Positions 12,952-24,499 of a stretch of 64,000 bases of DNA are shown in pieces. The position numbers and the translations under genes are program-made. The stretch spans positions 22,258,001 through 22,322,000 of the forward strand of contig NC_042998.1 in the NCBI RefSeq assembly GCF_006345805.1. Direction: 5' to 3'. Positions within the stretch are counted from its first letter, which is position 1, and each line of letters starts with the position of its first letter. Source of the DNA: Octopus sinensis (taxonomy: Eukaryota). Below the pieces are notes generated by a model. The model was not told the DNA's origin and did not search any database. It was given only the letters and a program-made list of their open reading frames with translations.

Positions 12952-13412
12952 GTAACCTTCAATATTTTCCTGTATCTGTGAGTGACTGGAAAGGGATTGT
13001 CTTGGAGAGACAGGAATCTTTTACCAAAGTTAGTTTTTACATTAAGGGAAAAGGAAGGGGTGAACCAAATAATTTCCCTTGGCCTATTTTCAGGTTTCTT
13101 ATTATCCTGATTAATACTAGAGCGGTTATGTACTACGTTATCTTTTATTCCACTAGATCTATTATTAATATTTTGATTATCATTAGCGGGATAATATATA
13201 AATTTATAATTGAAGCCACTATTGGGTAGGGCCTTATTAAAAAAGGGGGGCAGCTTTCTCGAAAATTTCTTTGGTAGAATAGAGGTTAGACACTCTGTTA
13301 CTTATATTATCTATCAGGTTTTTAAAACATTACAGGACGGTGACAAGACTTTATATATGCAAGTTTCTCATTAGGCTTATGGAAAGGTTTATATGAGGAG
13401 GTGTTTATACCT
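12952..13412 (-). mobile_element. Penelope-like element ORF fragment (RT C-terminus/linker), frameshifted
   Basis: Hand translation of minus strand: SYKPFHKPNEKLAYI..SCHRPVM/FKNLIDNISNRVSNLYSTKEIFEKAAP/NKALPNSGFNYKF...REIIWFTPSFSLNVKTNFGKRFLSLQDNPFPVTHRYRKIL. This matches the PLE motifs YKPYRKPN, SNHPP and IIWFNPPFS..VKTN.GK.FL. Confidence 0.85.
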
Positions 13413-13459
13413 GGGATGTAGCCAGTCCACTTATGCATTACTTTCCTTCTTGGGACACA

Positions 13460-13912
13460 AAACTCCACTTGTGAAGACCTGTTGAGGCAAGTGAAAATCA
13501 AAATCAAAATCGTAATCTGTCAACATCAATGGAATTTGTAGCTGTGATACCAGTGCCGGTGGCATGTAAGAGAACCATCCGAACGTGGCCATAGCCAGTG
13601 CCGCCCGACTGGCATCTGTGCCGGTGGCACGTAAAAAGCACCATGCAACCGTGGCCATTGCCAGCTTCGTTTGGTCCCCGTGCCGGTGGCACGTAAAAAG
13701 CATCATCCGATCGTGGCCGTTTGCCAGACTCGTCTGGCACATAAAAAGCACCCACTACACTCACGGACTGGTTGGCTTTAGGAAGGGCATCCAGCTGTAG
13801 AAACACTGCTAGATCAGACTGGGTCTGGTGCAGCCTTCTGGCTTCCCAGACCCCAGTTGAACCGTCCAACCCATGCCAGCATGGAAAGCGGACGTTAAAC
13901 GATGATGATGAT
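13460..13912 (+). mobile_element. RTE LINE 3' UTR-derived short element with (GAT)n tail
   Basis: Internal about 60-bp repeats gtgccggtggcacgtaaaaagcacc; ends gcggacgttaaacgatgatgatgat; the same sequence follows the RT stop codon in 31085-31985. Confidence 0.85.
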
Positions 13913-14106
13913 ATACTGGATGTACTTTAAAGGGGATCAACACTGTCACACTGATAGTGCCTGAGTAGCACATTAAGAGTAAAAGTATCCATGGTTGGAA
14001 TACATAGCCATTAGTATTCAATGAGCAGATCACTCCTTTGATCATACAACTGGAATTATTAACTTATTCAATGTTGAAACCATAGAGAGCCCTTCATTCC
14101 TATATA

Positions 14107-14139
<33 letters not shown>

Positions 14140-14939
14140 GTATATATACACACACATACATATATATACACATATATACACACACACACATATATGCATG
14201 CATACACACAGAGTCTTTCTTAGACAATAGAATATAGTGTTTTTCACTGGCCAGGTGAGTGAACATACATATATAGGTAGATATAGGTAAATGCATGTAT
14301 GTATATATGTATATGTGTGTGTGTGCATTTCTGCATACCTGTGCATGCAGGTGTGTTTTATTTTACTTTCAACTCACTGAATTCTGGTGTTATATGTAGT
14401 TTTTGGAATTGTCTAACTATTAAATCTGATGGGATTTGTCCATTTTAGAAACAAATTGATTGACATATATGTATCTATATATCAATCAACTTTGATTCTA
14501 AAACACCAAGAGATACAAAAACAAAAAAAAAAGAATACTCTAAGCAGGCTGATATGATACGAAGGGGTTTTAAACAAATAATGGTTATCATAAAGCCATT
14601 AGAACATCAAAGAATCGGTAAAATAGTGTGTCTTGTGAAGTATAGATGTTGTCATGTGAAAGAACCATTGTTTTTGTTTAGCCCCAGGTTAGCTTTGAGC
14701 AGATTTGTGATCAAACATATTCAACTAATGTATTCAGAAATACCATATCCTGGATCATTATCCATTTTACACTTCCTTCTTGTAAAAATGGTAAGCGTAG
14801 TGGTTAGAGTGTTGCTCTCATTATTTTAAGATTTCTCTCTTTAGGTGCGATGTGGGAAAATGTAGGACATATTCAATCATGCTCTGTCATAATTCTCTGT
14901 TCTTTGTTTTCTGTAACGGTTCCACTTCTTGATCTTTAG

Positions 14940-15161
14940 CCCTTTAGTGTTCGCATTATTCTGCCAAAATTAATGCTTCTTCATCCACATTGTTTTGAAT
15001 TAATCATGCATTACCTTGTAATGCATGAGATTTTGATGAGGTAGCTGTTAATTTTTAAAACGATATTGTAGGGTTGGTGTGAGAGACCAGATCTGGCCAG
15101 TTTGAACATAAAACAGGCAGAATACTTTTGGCCGGATATGGCCGGTTTAAATGCTAAAGGG
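14940..15161. mobile_element. piggyBac-like MITE, same family as 11173-11393, opposite orientation
   Basis: ttag|ccctttagtgttcgc ... atgctaaaggg|ttaa; reverse complement of the first copy along its length. Confidence 0.85.
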
Positions 15162-16141
15162 TTAATGCCGCTTTCTTCCAACCAATTTCTTCAAACTTGA
15201 TATCCATATCATCCTTCTTCTTCCTCAGCTTCTTTTCCCTTCAGTTTTCTGGTCATTGCTAAACTCACCAGACCCTGTTTCCTTATCACATAACCAAGAA
15301 ATCTCAAAATCGCTAGCACATCAGTCAAAATGGTTAGCAACATTTCGTTCAACTCTTTACATTCTGAGTTCAAATTCTGTAGCAACTGACTTTGCTTTCA
15401 TCCATTCAGGCGTTGATAAAATAAGTACCAGTTTGTAGGATTATGGTTTCAATTCCTGGACCAAGTGGTGCTTTGTGTCCCTGAGTAAAAACACTTAATT
15501 TCATGTTACTCCAGTCTGCTCAACTGGGAAGTTAACCTTGTGATGGACTAGTGTCCTATCCAGGGGGACAGAGTCTTGTAATCATAGTCACTTATATGTC
15601 ATAAAAACCAGGCCAAATTCTGAACTTATGTGTCCTAGGGGCTCATGACACACCCAATGACATGAAAGATATTCAGATGCTGTTAAGAGTAAGTTGAGCA
15701 TCTGCTATGTTGCTCCTATGTTGGTTCATATTGCTGTTGTTGTTTAGATTACCCTTCATTGAACAAGCCTATGATTATATGGATTTCAGTCATACCCATC
15801 CAATCATCTAAGGTTACATTATTGATAGGTATTTGGTTGCTATTTCTAACAGACTGAATAACCACCTGGGAGCAACTTCATATTGTTGATTATTGTTTAA
15901 CCTCAGGCTAGCCCTGATCAAACAGATTTATGTTTAATGATGTTCCAGCCTTGATCATCCTCTTTTGCCCTTTATTTGGACTGAGTGGCAAAAGTTTGCT
16001 TCCCAAATAAATGGCTTCAGTTTTCAGTCCTTCTGCATGGTTCCCTGGGCAAGTGTCTTCCACTATAGTCCTGTGACGCTCAAACAGTTATGAGTAGGTT
16101 TGGTAGATAAGAAACTGTAAGAAGGCTTACGGTCATATCAA

Positions 16142-16243
16142 GCTTATGGCCATATCATGCTGAAAGCACTGGTTCTTGTCTGATCACCAAAGTTAAGTAC
16201 TTAGATGGGTGACCGCTTGGGAAACCTAGGTGCTGTAAGCATT
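16142..16243 (+). pseudogene. 5S rRNA pseudogene with about 19-nt internal deletion
   Basis: gcttatggccatatcatgctgaaagcactggttcttgtctgatcaccaaagttaag[deletion]tacttagatgggtgaccgcttgggaaacctaggtgctgtaagcatt aligns to eukaryotic 5S. Box C-like sequence is retained; the 3' part of box A and the intermediate element are lost. Extra 5' fragment gcttacggtcatatca at 16125-16140. Confidence 0.9.
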
Positions 16244-16252
16244 AAAAAAAAA

Positions 16253-16472
16253 GGCGTGGCAGAAACGTTAGCACATCGGGCAAAATGCTTTGACGTTTTC
16301 GTCCTTCGCTGCATTCTGAGTTCAAATTCTGCCGAGGTCGACTTTCCTTTCATTCTTTTCGGGTTGATAAATTAAGTACCAGTTACACACTGGGGTTGTT
16401 GTAATCGACTTAATCCGTTTGTCTGTCCTTGCTTGTCCCCTCTGTATTTAGCACCTTGTGGTTAGTAAAGAA
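16253..16472 (+). mobile_element. SINE family B fused downstream of the 5S pseudogene
   Basis: Follows A-run 16244-16252; ends gtagtaaagaaata-like; the whole 5S+SINE insert is flanked by ataagaaactgtaagaaggctt (16107-16128 and 16473-16494). Confidence 0.9.
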
Positions 16473-17044
16473 ATAAGAAACTGTAAGAAGGCTTCCATAT
16501 CTATATGGCAATGTGTGTGTGTGTGTGTGCAGGCATGCATGTGTGTTTGTGTGTGATGGTACAGTGAGTACTATGTGGGGGTATGTATGGTGTTTAGAAC
16601 ATGATTTTTCTTAGAAATATAGTATTTAATAATAATAGAATTTCAAACTCATCTTCAAAAACAGAAAAAAACAACTGTTGGGATGAAATTATGAATAAGA
16701 CTTGTATTATCATTGAGCAGAAAACTTGATTAACGATGCAGCAAGATCTAATATAATTTCATTAATTAAGTAATTAATGTGGCAAGCTGACAAAATCGTT
16801 AGCACGTGAGTCAAAATGTTTAGCAACATTTCGTTCAACTCTTTACATTCTGAGTTCAAATTCTGCAGTCACTGACTTTGCCTTTCATCCATTCAGGTGT
16901 TAATAAAATAAGTACCAGTAACGTATTGAGGTCGAGGAGACTGACTTACCTCTCCCTTCAGAATTTCTGGCCTTGCGCCAAAAATTAGAAGGAAAGAGTT
17001 ATATAAATCCTCACTTTCTTTAGTAATTTCTAGAAACATTAGAC

Positions 17045-17782
17045 CAGGCCTGGCCAAGTCGAATTACAATACAGGCCACTTTAATCACAGAAGTGTTTTT
17101 GAGGGCTGCTTATATACTGACAGAATTGAAAGCATTTTGCTTTCTCATGCTATTATTACAATAATGAATGAATGATCGTTGGTTCAACAGGAAATATTAT
17201 CGTTGCAAAAACAGTAGTATCTTTCTTTTTTTACTTTTCATTACAATCTTTAATTTTTGATTCTTTTATTCTTTTACTTGTTTCAGTCATTTGACTGTGG
17301 CCATGCTGGAGCACTGCCTTTTAGTCAAGCAAATTGACACCAGGACTTATTCTTTCGAAGCCTAGTACTTATTCTATCGGTCTATATTGCCGAACTGCTA
17401 AGTTATGGGGACATAAACACACCAGCATCATTTGTCAAGAGATGTTGGGAGGACAAACACAGACACAAACATATACACACACATATATACATATATACGA
17501 CGGGCTTCTTTCAGTTTCAGTCTACCAAATCCACTTACAAGGCTTTGGTCGGCCGAGGCTATAGTAGAAGGCACTTGCCCAAAGTGCCACGCAGTGGGAC
17601 TGAACCCGGAACTATGTAGTTGGTAAGCAAGCTACTTACCACACAGCTACTCCTACACCTATTGATAAAAACTTTTTAAATGTTTGCTTAAATAAACCCA
17701 TTTCAAGAAAGTATCAAGCAGGCCACAAGATAAAAGTCTGCAGGCCGCATGCAGCTCACGGGCCTCAGGTTAGCCAGCCCTG
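17045..17782. mobile_element. hAT (Buster/Charlie-type) MITE with nested SINE-A
   Basis: TIRs caggcctggccaag / gttagccagccctg; 8-bp TSD cattagac (17037-17044) / cactagac (17783-17790), NNNTANNN pattern. Confidence 0.8.
17268..17660 (-). mobile_element. SINE family A nested in hAT MITE
   Basis: Family A motifs. Confidence 0.88.
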
Positions 17783-17924
17783 CACTAGACCATGAAAATA
17801 TAAGAAACACTAAACCATGGAAATATCTAAATGATGTACACAAGTGGTGGAATATTTCAGAAAATGCTGGCAACAAACCATTACTAAAAATTAGATTTTT
17901 ATTCAATAAAATAATCTCTTTTGC

Positions 17925-18121
17925 TCTTTTACTTGTTTCAGTCATTTGACTGTGGCCATGCTGGAGCACCACCTTTAGTCAAGCAAATCGACCCCAGGAC
18001 TTATTTGTAAGCCTGGTACTTATTCTATTGGTATCTTTTGCCGAACCACTAAGTTACGGGGACATAAACACACTAGCATCGGTTGTCAAGCGATGTTGGG
18101 GGGACAAACACAGACACACAA

Positions 18122-18172
<51 letters not shown>

Positions 18173-18345
18173 CACATACATATATATGACAAGCTTTTTT
18201 TCAGTTTCCGTCTACCAAATCCACTCACAAGGCTTTGGTTGGCCCGAGGCTATAGTAGAAGACATTTGCCCAAGGTGCCATGCAGTGGGACTGACCCTGG
18301 AACCATGTGGTTTGTAAGCAAGCTACTTACCACACAGCCACTCTT
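17925..18345 (-). mobile_element. SINE family A
   Basis: Family A motifs. Confidence 0.88.
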
Positions 18346-19247
18346 ACACCAGTTAATTTTTCTTTTTGTGTGTAAAACTTGAGCAGTTGGTGTTTATAAA
18401 ATGTCATCTGGCGGAAAGAGGAACTGTAACTATTAAAGACTGAGAACCTCTGATGCGGGAGCACCCACATTGGTTCCTTTAAAGAAGTTTTTTCTCAATC
18501 CTTTTTTTGTCTATGGACCTCTTTGATCCCTGTTTTACTCAGTCAGACCTTCTTATCAATTGATTTTTAAGAAAACCTGTCATTTTTATAATTAGATATC
18601 ATTAAGAACTATATGAAAAAAAGAAATTCATTAAAATATCTTATGTATTGTAAAAGTATTACTGATTTATTGAAGAAAAATTTTAACAACAAAATGTTAT
18701 GTGGACCCCGCCCACCACCACCACCAAAGATCATGTGAACCTGGATGAGAACCACTACTTTAAAGGAAAGTTTGAAACTAAGATAGAAAATAAAAATAAA
18801 AAGTTAGTCTTGTTGTTGGTAATGAATCATTATTTTAATGAAAGGGACATTTTCAAAGTAAATTCTTTTCCCAAATGTCCTTCATGAATCTTCATTAAAC
18901 TTGGAATGTGAAAGAATGCAGACTGGCAAATAGTTAAAACGTTGAGTTGAGTATTAATATGTTGGTATTACAAGAATTTATTATGGTTTTCTGCACCTTG
19001 AGTTCCAATTCTGGTGATGCCAACTTTGCTTTTCATTTATAAGAGGAATATGTAGCTGTTGCCAAACTCAGGAATCAAACCTGGATCAACACAAATACAA
19101 TCAGTATTTGCTAAAACATTACCAATGTCATAAAAAATTCTGACCATTCAAGACTTCAAGCAGAACCAGAGCCAACAACAATTTCATCTTTGGAATGGTG
19201 GACAACAGACCAGAGACAGAAACGGTGGTCAGCAGACAGTAGAAGAA

Positions 19248-19665
19248 AGGCGGTGAACAGGCAGAAATGTTAGCACGCTGGGCGAAATGCTTAGCAGTAT
19301 TTCGTCTGGCGTTACGTTCTGAGTTCAAATTCTGCCGAGGTCAACTTTGCCTTTCATCCTTTCAGGGTTGATTAAATAAGTACCAGTTACGCACTGGGGT
19401 CGATATAATCAACTTAATCCGTTTGTCTGTCCTTGTTTGTCCCCTCTGTGTTTGGCCCCTTGTGGGTCGTAAAGAAATAGGTATTCGTCTGTCTTTAAGT
19501 TCAGAGTTCAAATTCCGCCAAGGTCAACTTTGCCTTTCACCCTTTCAGGGTCGATTAAATAAGTACCAGTTGCACACTGGGGTCGATGTAATCAACTTAA
19601 TCCCTTCGTCTGTCCTTGTTTGTCCCCATCTATGTTTAGCCCCTTGTGGGCAATAAAGAAATAAG
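19248..19665 (+). mobile_element. SINE family B dimer
   Basis: Head aaggcggtgaacaggcagaaatgttagc; unit 1 joins unit 2 at aaagaaata|ggtattcgtctg; short agaagaa duplication at the flanks. Confidence 0.85.
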
Positions 19666-21031
19666 AAGAACCAGTAGCAGACCAGAGTATTGTTACAACA
19701 CAAAAAGAATGGACAGTGGTGACCGCAACATTCAATGACCAGCTAACATCACAACAGCCACGACTCTAAGACTTAGTCCAAGAACCATAAGTTTCAAGCT
19801 ATCTTGGTGTTTGTTGTTTGATGTAACAACAACATTACTTTTGCTTATGATAAAAATATTTTTTGTAAAAAAAATCTTGAGCAGATTTCTGTGCTCTTTG
19901 CTGTAACACTTCCTTTGTGGGGATGAGGTTGATAGCATGTTGTGTGTATACCAGCATTTTGCAATTTGAGTTCATAATCTGCTTCATTTCACCAGCCTCC
20001 CAATAGCAACTAATGGGTCCTTTGAGATCCAGCAAATGGTGATAAGCTTGATACATCAGACAGAATGCAGCCTTAATTAACACAGCATTTTGGTTGCACA
20101 AATACCCTTGAGTGTAGAATAGATTCTTACAGAAGCTAGATACAAGACAAATAAAAAATTGAGCCTGGCTTGTGTATAAAAGGCAAAGTTGACCTTAGCT
20201 GGATTTGAACTCAGAAAATAAAGAGTCAGAAGAAATACTGCAAGGTATCTTTTCTGATGATTCAGCTTATTCAGTCTAGCATAATCTAGAGGGAGTATTT
20301 GTGTCAGCATGGTAATGATATCCTTGAGGAACAAAATAAACAGCAAAAATAAACAAGAGTAGAACATAATTGATTTCATATTCTAAAGAAGAAACAAGGA
20401 AGAGTTTGACGTTTGAGATATTGGTCCTTTGTCAAGAGATGGAGAAGAAAATAGAGAAGGCTAAAGAAAAAAAATGAGAAAGCCCCGTTTTTCCCCTTTC
20501 TCCTTTTTCGCTATTTTCCTCTTGATGAAGAACCTGTGTCTGAAGCGTCAAAGCCTTTATAAAGAAAATGTTGACAGTGGCATCAAAGTTTGGGCTTGTT
20601 TGCCTTCCTTCATCAGATGGTCTGACAAAGGTGAAGAAGTCAAAATGTCTGAAGTCATTGTCAAATATTTTCTTGTAAAAGTTTAATAAAAATGACACTC
20701 TTAAAAATATTGAGTACTCTTTCAGTTTAATATAATTTGACAAAACAAAACATACCCCCCCCCCACACATACACACGTGGGTATCACCTATCTCTTGGTG
20801 CTAAGGACCTACCATCTAACATGTAGAATATGCTAATAAACAAGCTTAAATGACCACAACTTGATATTTTCTGTTTCATTTTCCCCACCTCATTCATCAG
20901 CTAATCAAGTCAAAATTCTTTTATCTGCCTACATATGAACCATTACTTATGCTTCATGATAATAAAATACAATATCAAATTGTAGATTATTTACATTCGA
21001 TGGATATTTGTCCTCATCTTGTTTGTTGTTA

Positions 21032-21071
21032 ATGTTTCAGCTGATATACCCTCCAGCCTTCATCAGGTGTC
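21032..21071 (-). ncRNA. Hammerhead-ribozyme-like core (PLE terminal motif)
   Basis: Minus strand: CTGATGA-A-GGCTG-gagggtatat-CAGCT-GAAAC-ATT. Canonical CUGAUGA/GAAA core and a 5-bp stem II; stem I not evident and stem III appears CpG-decayed. Confidence 0.5.
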
Positions 21072-21689
21072 TTGGGAATATTTCGAACCTGGGTTCTCAT
21101 TACTAAGGTATTTTTCGATGTTATTATTATTATTGTTCAGGTCACTGCTTGGAATCGAACTCGGAATCTTGGGGTTAGTAGCCTGCACTCTTAACCACTA
21201 TGCCATATGCCCATGGGCAATGATGGAGTGAATTTTAGGGCTTATAAATCTAATATTCTCCTATCCTTCCTTAATACCGGTTCCCATATGCTGTTCATAT
21301 CTACACTCAGTCTGCTTAGGAGGTTGTTGTGTCCTAGCATATGTGCTGCTTCTTTTAGTTTCCGTATTTTCCATTGGTGTTCTCTGTCTATTATTTTAAC
21401 GTCATCCCACACGGGGAGGTGGTCTCCATTTTACCATACATAATCAGCTATACCCGATTTATCAATATCTCCTCATGTTACAGCTTTGCCTGTTCCTCTA
21501 CCCTTATTTTGAGGGGGTGGCATGTTTTGCCTTTGTATAACCTACCACAGCTTCATGGGATGGAGTACACGCAGTCTTTGGTCATATTCTCTTCTATTGG
21601 TGGTTTTACACAAAGGAGATATTTTCGAAGTGTTGTATTGCTCTTGAATACTGTCCTGATGCCATATATTATTATTATTATTATTATTA

Positions 21690-21900
21690 TGGAGGCAAGC
21701 TGGCAGAAACGTTAGCACGCTGGGCAAAATGCTAAGCGGCATTTCGTCTGCCGCTACATTCCCAGTTCAAATTCCGCTGAGGTTGACTTTGCCTTTTATC
21801 CTTTCGGGATTGACAAATTAAGTACCAGTTGAATGCTGGGGTTGATATAATCAACTATCCACCACCCCCAAATTCCAGGTGTTGTGCCTATAGTAGAAAG
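21690..21900 (+). mobile_element. SINE family B (short-tail form)
   Basis: Head gaggcaagctggcagaaacgttagcacg; ends ccaccacccccaaattccaggtgttgtgcc; similar copies at 16780-16990 and 46250-46360. Confidence 0.75.
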
Positions 21901-22540
21901 GATTATTATTATTATTACTAATATTACTATTATTATTACTATTATTGCTATTATTATTACTATTATTGCTATTATTATTTCAATTATTATTATTATTATT
22001 ATTATTTGAGAAGGCATAATATAAAAAATATGTGTATAAATAAAATCAAACACATTGAAAATGAAAATGGCAAAAAATATGGTCAATTCCTTTCTTTTAA
22101 AGACTTAACAGGATGTTTGGAATCATAGACATGACTTTTATTGCTCTGTGTTGATAAACCGTTTTGTTTTGTGTTTTTAAACGAGTCTTCATATTGCTCT
22201 TAGAATAGAAGTAACAAAAAAAAACAAGCAGTTATCTTAGTGAAATTTACCGGAATTTGATGCACATGTGTTTATTAGAAAAATAAAATTTACAAAAGGA
22301 GAAAAAAGCAAAAAACAAAAATAAAAATAAAAAATAGAAGGAATTTATTCCAATGTAATAAGTCACGTTTTTGGAAACGATGTTTAAATGTTCTTTTAAA
22401 AAGTGTTGAAAAGTAGAGAAAAACATGGCTCAAGACAGACAGTTATACAGATATTCAAGGTTTCAATTTAGAAAGTTACAATTATCATTGCAGAAAAGTT
22501 TGTTTACAAAAACATACTCCCTATTGAGAAGAAGAGAGAC

Positions 22541-22578
<38 letters not shown>

Positions 22579-22699
22579 GAGAGAGAGAGAGAGAGAGAAA
22601 GAGAGGGAGGGAGGGAGGGAAGGAACTAAAATTAATTTCTTTGCTTTTTTCAAGATTTTACATGATACTAGAAAGTAAACAGAAATTGTTAAAAGATGA

Positions 22700-22844
22700 G
22701 GAAGTATAATAACAATAATAATAATAACAATAATAATAAACAACAATAATAATAATAATAATAATAATAAACAACAATAATAATAATAATAAACAACAAC
22801 AATAATAATAATAAACAACAACAATAATAATAATAAACAACAAC

Positions 22845-22883
<39 letters not shown>

Positions 22884-22902
22884 CAATAATAATAATAATA
22901 AT
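22700..22902. repeat. (AAT)n/(AAC)n compound microsatellite
   Basis: Direct reading. Confidence 0.95.
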
Positions 22903-23272
22903 GAGCACTCAGAGAGCGCAAACCTCAGCCAAGGCAACACCAACATCCTCTCAATGATTAGCCAGAGGTGATTTTTAAAATGAGAATATCTGAAATAAAC
23001 TTGACTGCTCTCACAAAAGAGAATACTAAAAATGAACCTGACTGCTCTAAAACATTATGTAAAAAAAAAAAACAGGAAAAATAATCCAGAATCCTTGTCT
23101 GGTACTGGATCGATACCAAAATCTAACCAGTTTGTGCCAGTCATAAGGCCAAACATCACTGGAAGTTTAATCTGAATCCATCCAGTGGTTCTTGAGATAA
23201 CTTGTCCATGGACAAACAAACAAGCAAACACGACTGAAAACAATACCTCTGACTTCGCTAAGGTGGAGGTAA
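22903..23272 (-). mobile_element. Helentron/DINE-1-like non-autonomous element (HINE)
   Basis: Terminal palindrome acctctgac-ttcgcta-aggtggaggt (23245-23270), short (TTTG)-like microsatellite, subTIR acctcagcc (22922-22930), terminal stem-loop gcactc-aga-gagcgc (22905-22919); inserted in an (AAT)n/(TTA)n tract. Confidence 0.7.
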
Positions 23273-23396
23273 TGATAATAATAATAATAATCCTTTCTAC
23301 TAGAGATAAGAAGGGGAAAGAAGAGAGAGAGCTAACACTTGATCATTCTAGAAGTCCCAGGATAAAATGTAAACAACTAAAAAAATTTTCCTCTAA

Positions 23397-23794
23397 TCTT
23401 TATATATAAAAGTGAGGTTGTGTGCTGTCTGTCTCCTACGATTTAGATTCCTAACTACTCCCACATTTTGCGGTGCAGTTTAACCAAAACCGGGTATCTT
23501 ATAGTCGTAATTCATATCGAGCCCTTCTGGGTATTAGTGTGCGTCTACGATGAGTCTACGATTTTTAAAAGAATTTACCATCAATTTTTCCCATTTTTAA
23601 TGCATTTTTGGCATATATAAAGGAAGTAACTCTCTAAAAATTTATTATTAAATCTCAGAACGTAAAAAGCTACAGTAACCCCCCCCCCCCTTGTGGTTAG
23701 CCATATTGAGATGGCTATTATACTTTACATCTCTAAAAATGCTTATATAGTTATTTCCCTTACAAACCCGAGCAACGCCGGGCGATACTGCTAG
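23397..23794 (+). mobile_element. Non-autonomous Helitron (398 bp)
   Basis: a|TCttatatataaaa 5' end; 3' hairpin cccgagcaacgccggg followed by CTAG|t; inserted between A and T. Confidence 0.88.
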
Positions 23795-24099
23795 TCATTA
23801 CTAAAAGTCTTTCTTTCTTCTTCATTGTTACAAGTAAAGAAGTTAGAAAGGATCGATCGTATTTCAGTCTAATTGTCATTGTAAATCACTGAGGCTTTCC
23901 TTTCTCTATCATTTCACTCCTTTTCTCTACGGTTAAGAGAGTGAAAGTGCATGGATCAGTGGTTGGGGGTGTTCAACCCACGATCGTAAAGTCACGAGTA
24001 CGATTCCCTGTGGTGCACTGTTTTTGAGCAAGGTGCTCTACTTCACCTTGCTACAATCCATTCAGCTGGCAAAAATGAGTTGTAACTGTAATTCATAGC

Positions 24100-24450
24100 C
24101 ATGGGTTGAAAGGAATTCTTTGGGGTTTGGATAATTCACCTTTGGAAACATGGGTGAGTGTCATTCAACATCCTCAAACAACCCTTATTCAGGGACATTT
24201 TGAGCAGAATGAGCTACTCGACCTGAAGAAGATTCTAATTGGGTCCCACTTGCAATGTCATGCACTGTATATCTTGATATGAGAACACCATGTTGTGCAC
24301 ATATGGTTGTGATGCATGTGCCTGGTGTAGCCTCATCATGGTGTAGTTATGATGGGTATACTGGGTTTTGTATATTTGTACCCTAGTGTCACTTTGATGG
24401 CATGCACTACTCTCCCACTCAATAATAATAATAATAATAATAATAACAAT
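24100..24450 (+). mobile_element. Interspersed repeat, probable LINE 3' end with (AAT)n tail
   Basis: Shared with 51210-51560; both end gcactnctctcncactcaataataat. Confidence 0.7.
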
Positions 24451-24499
24451 AATAATGGTTTTAAATTTTGCCACATGGGAAGCTATTTTGGAGCAGGGG

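Noticed and set aside
12891-13229. Hydrophobic AT-rich plus-strand ORF resembling a mitochondrial insertion (NUMT)
   Set aside because: The opposite strand translates to clear Penelope RT motifs; no mitochondrial gene motif recognised
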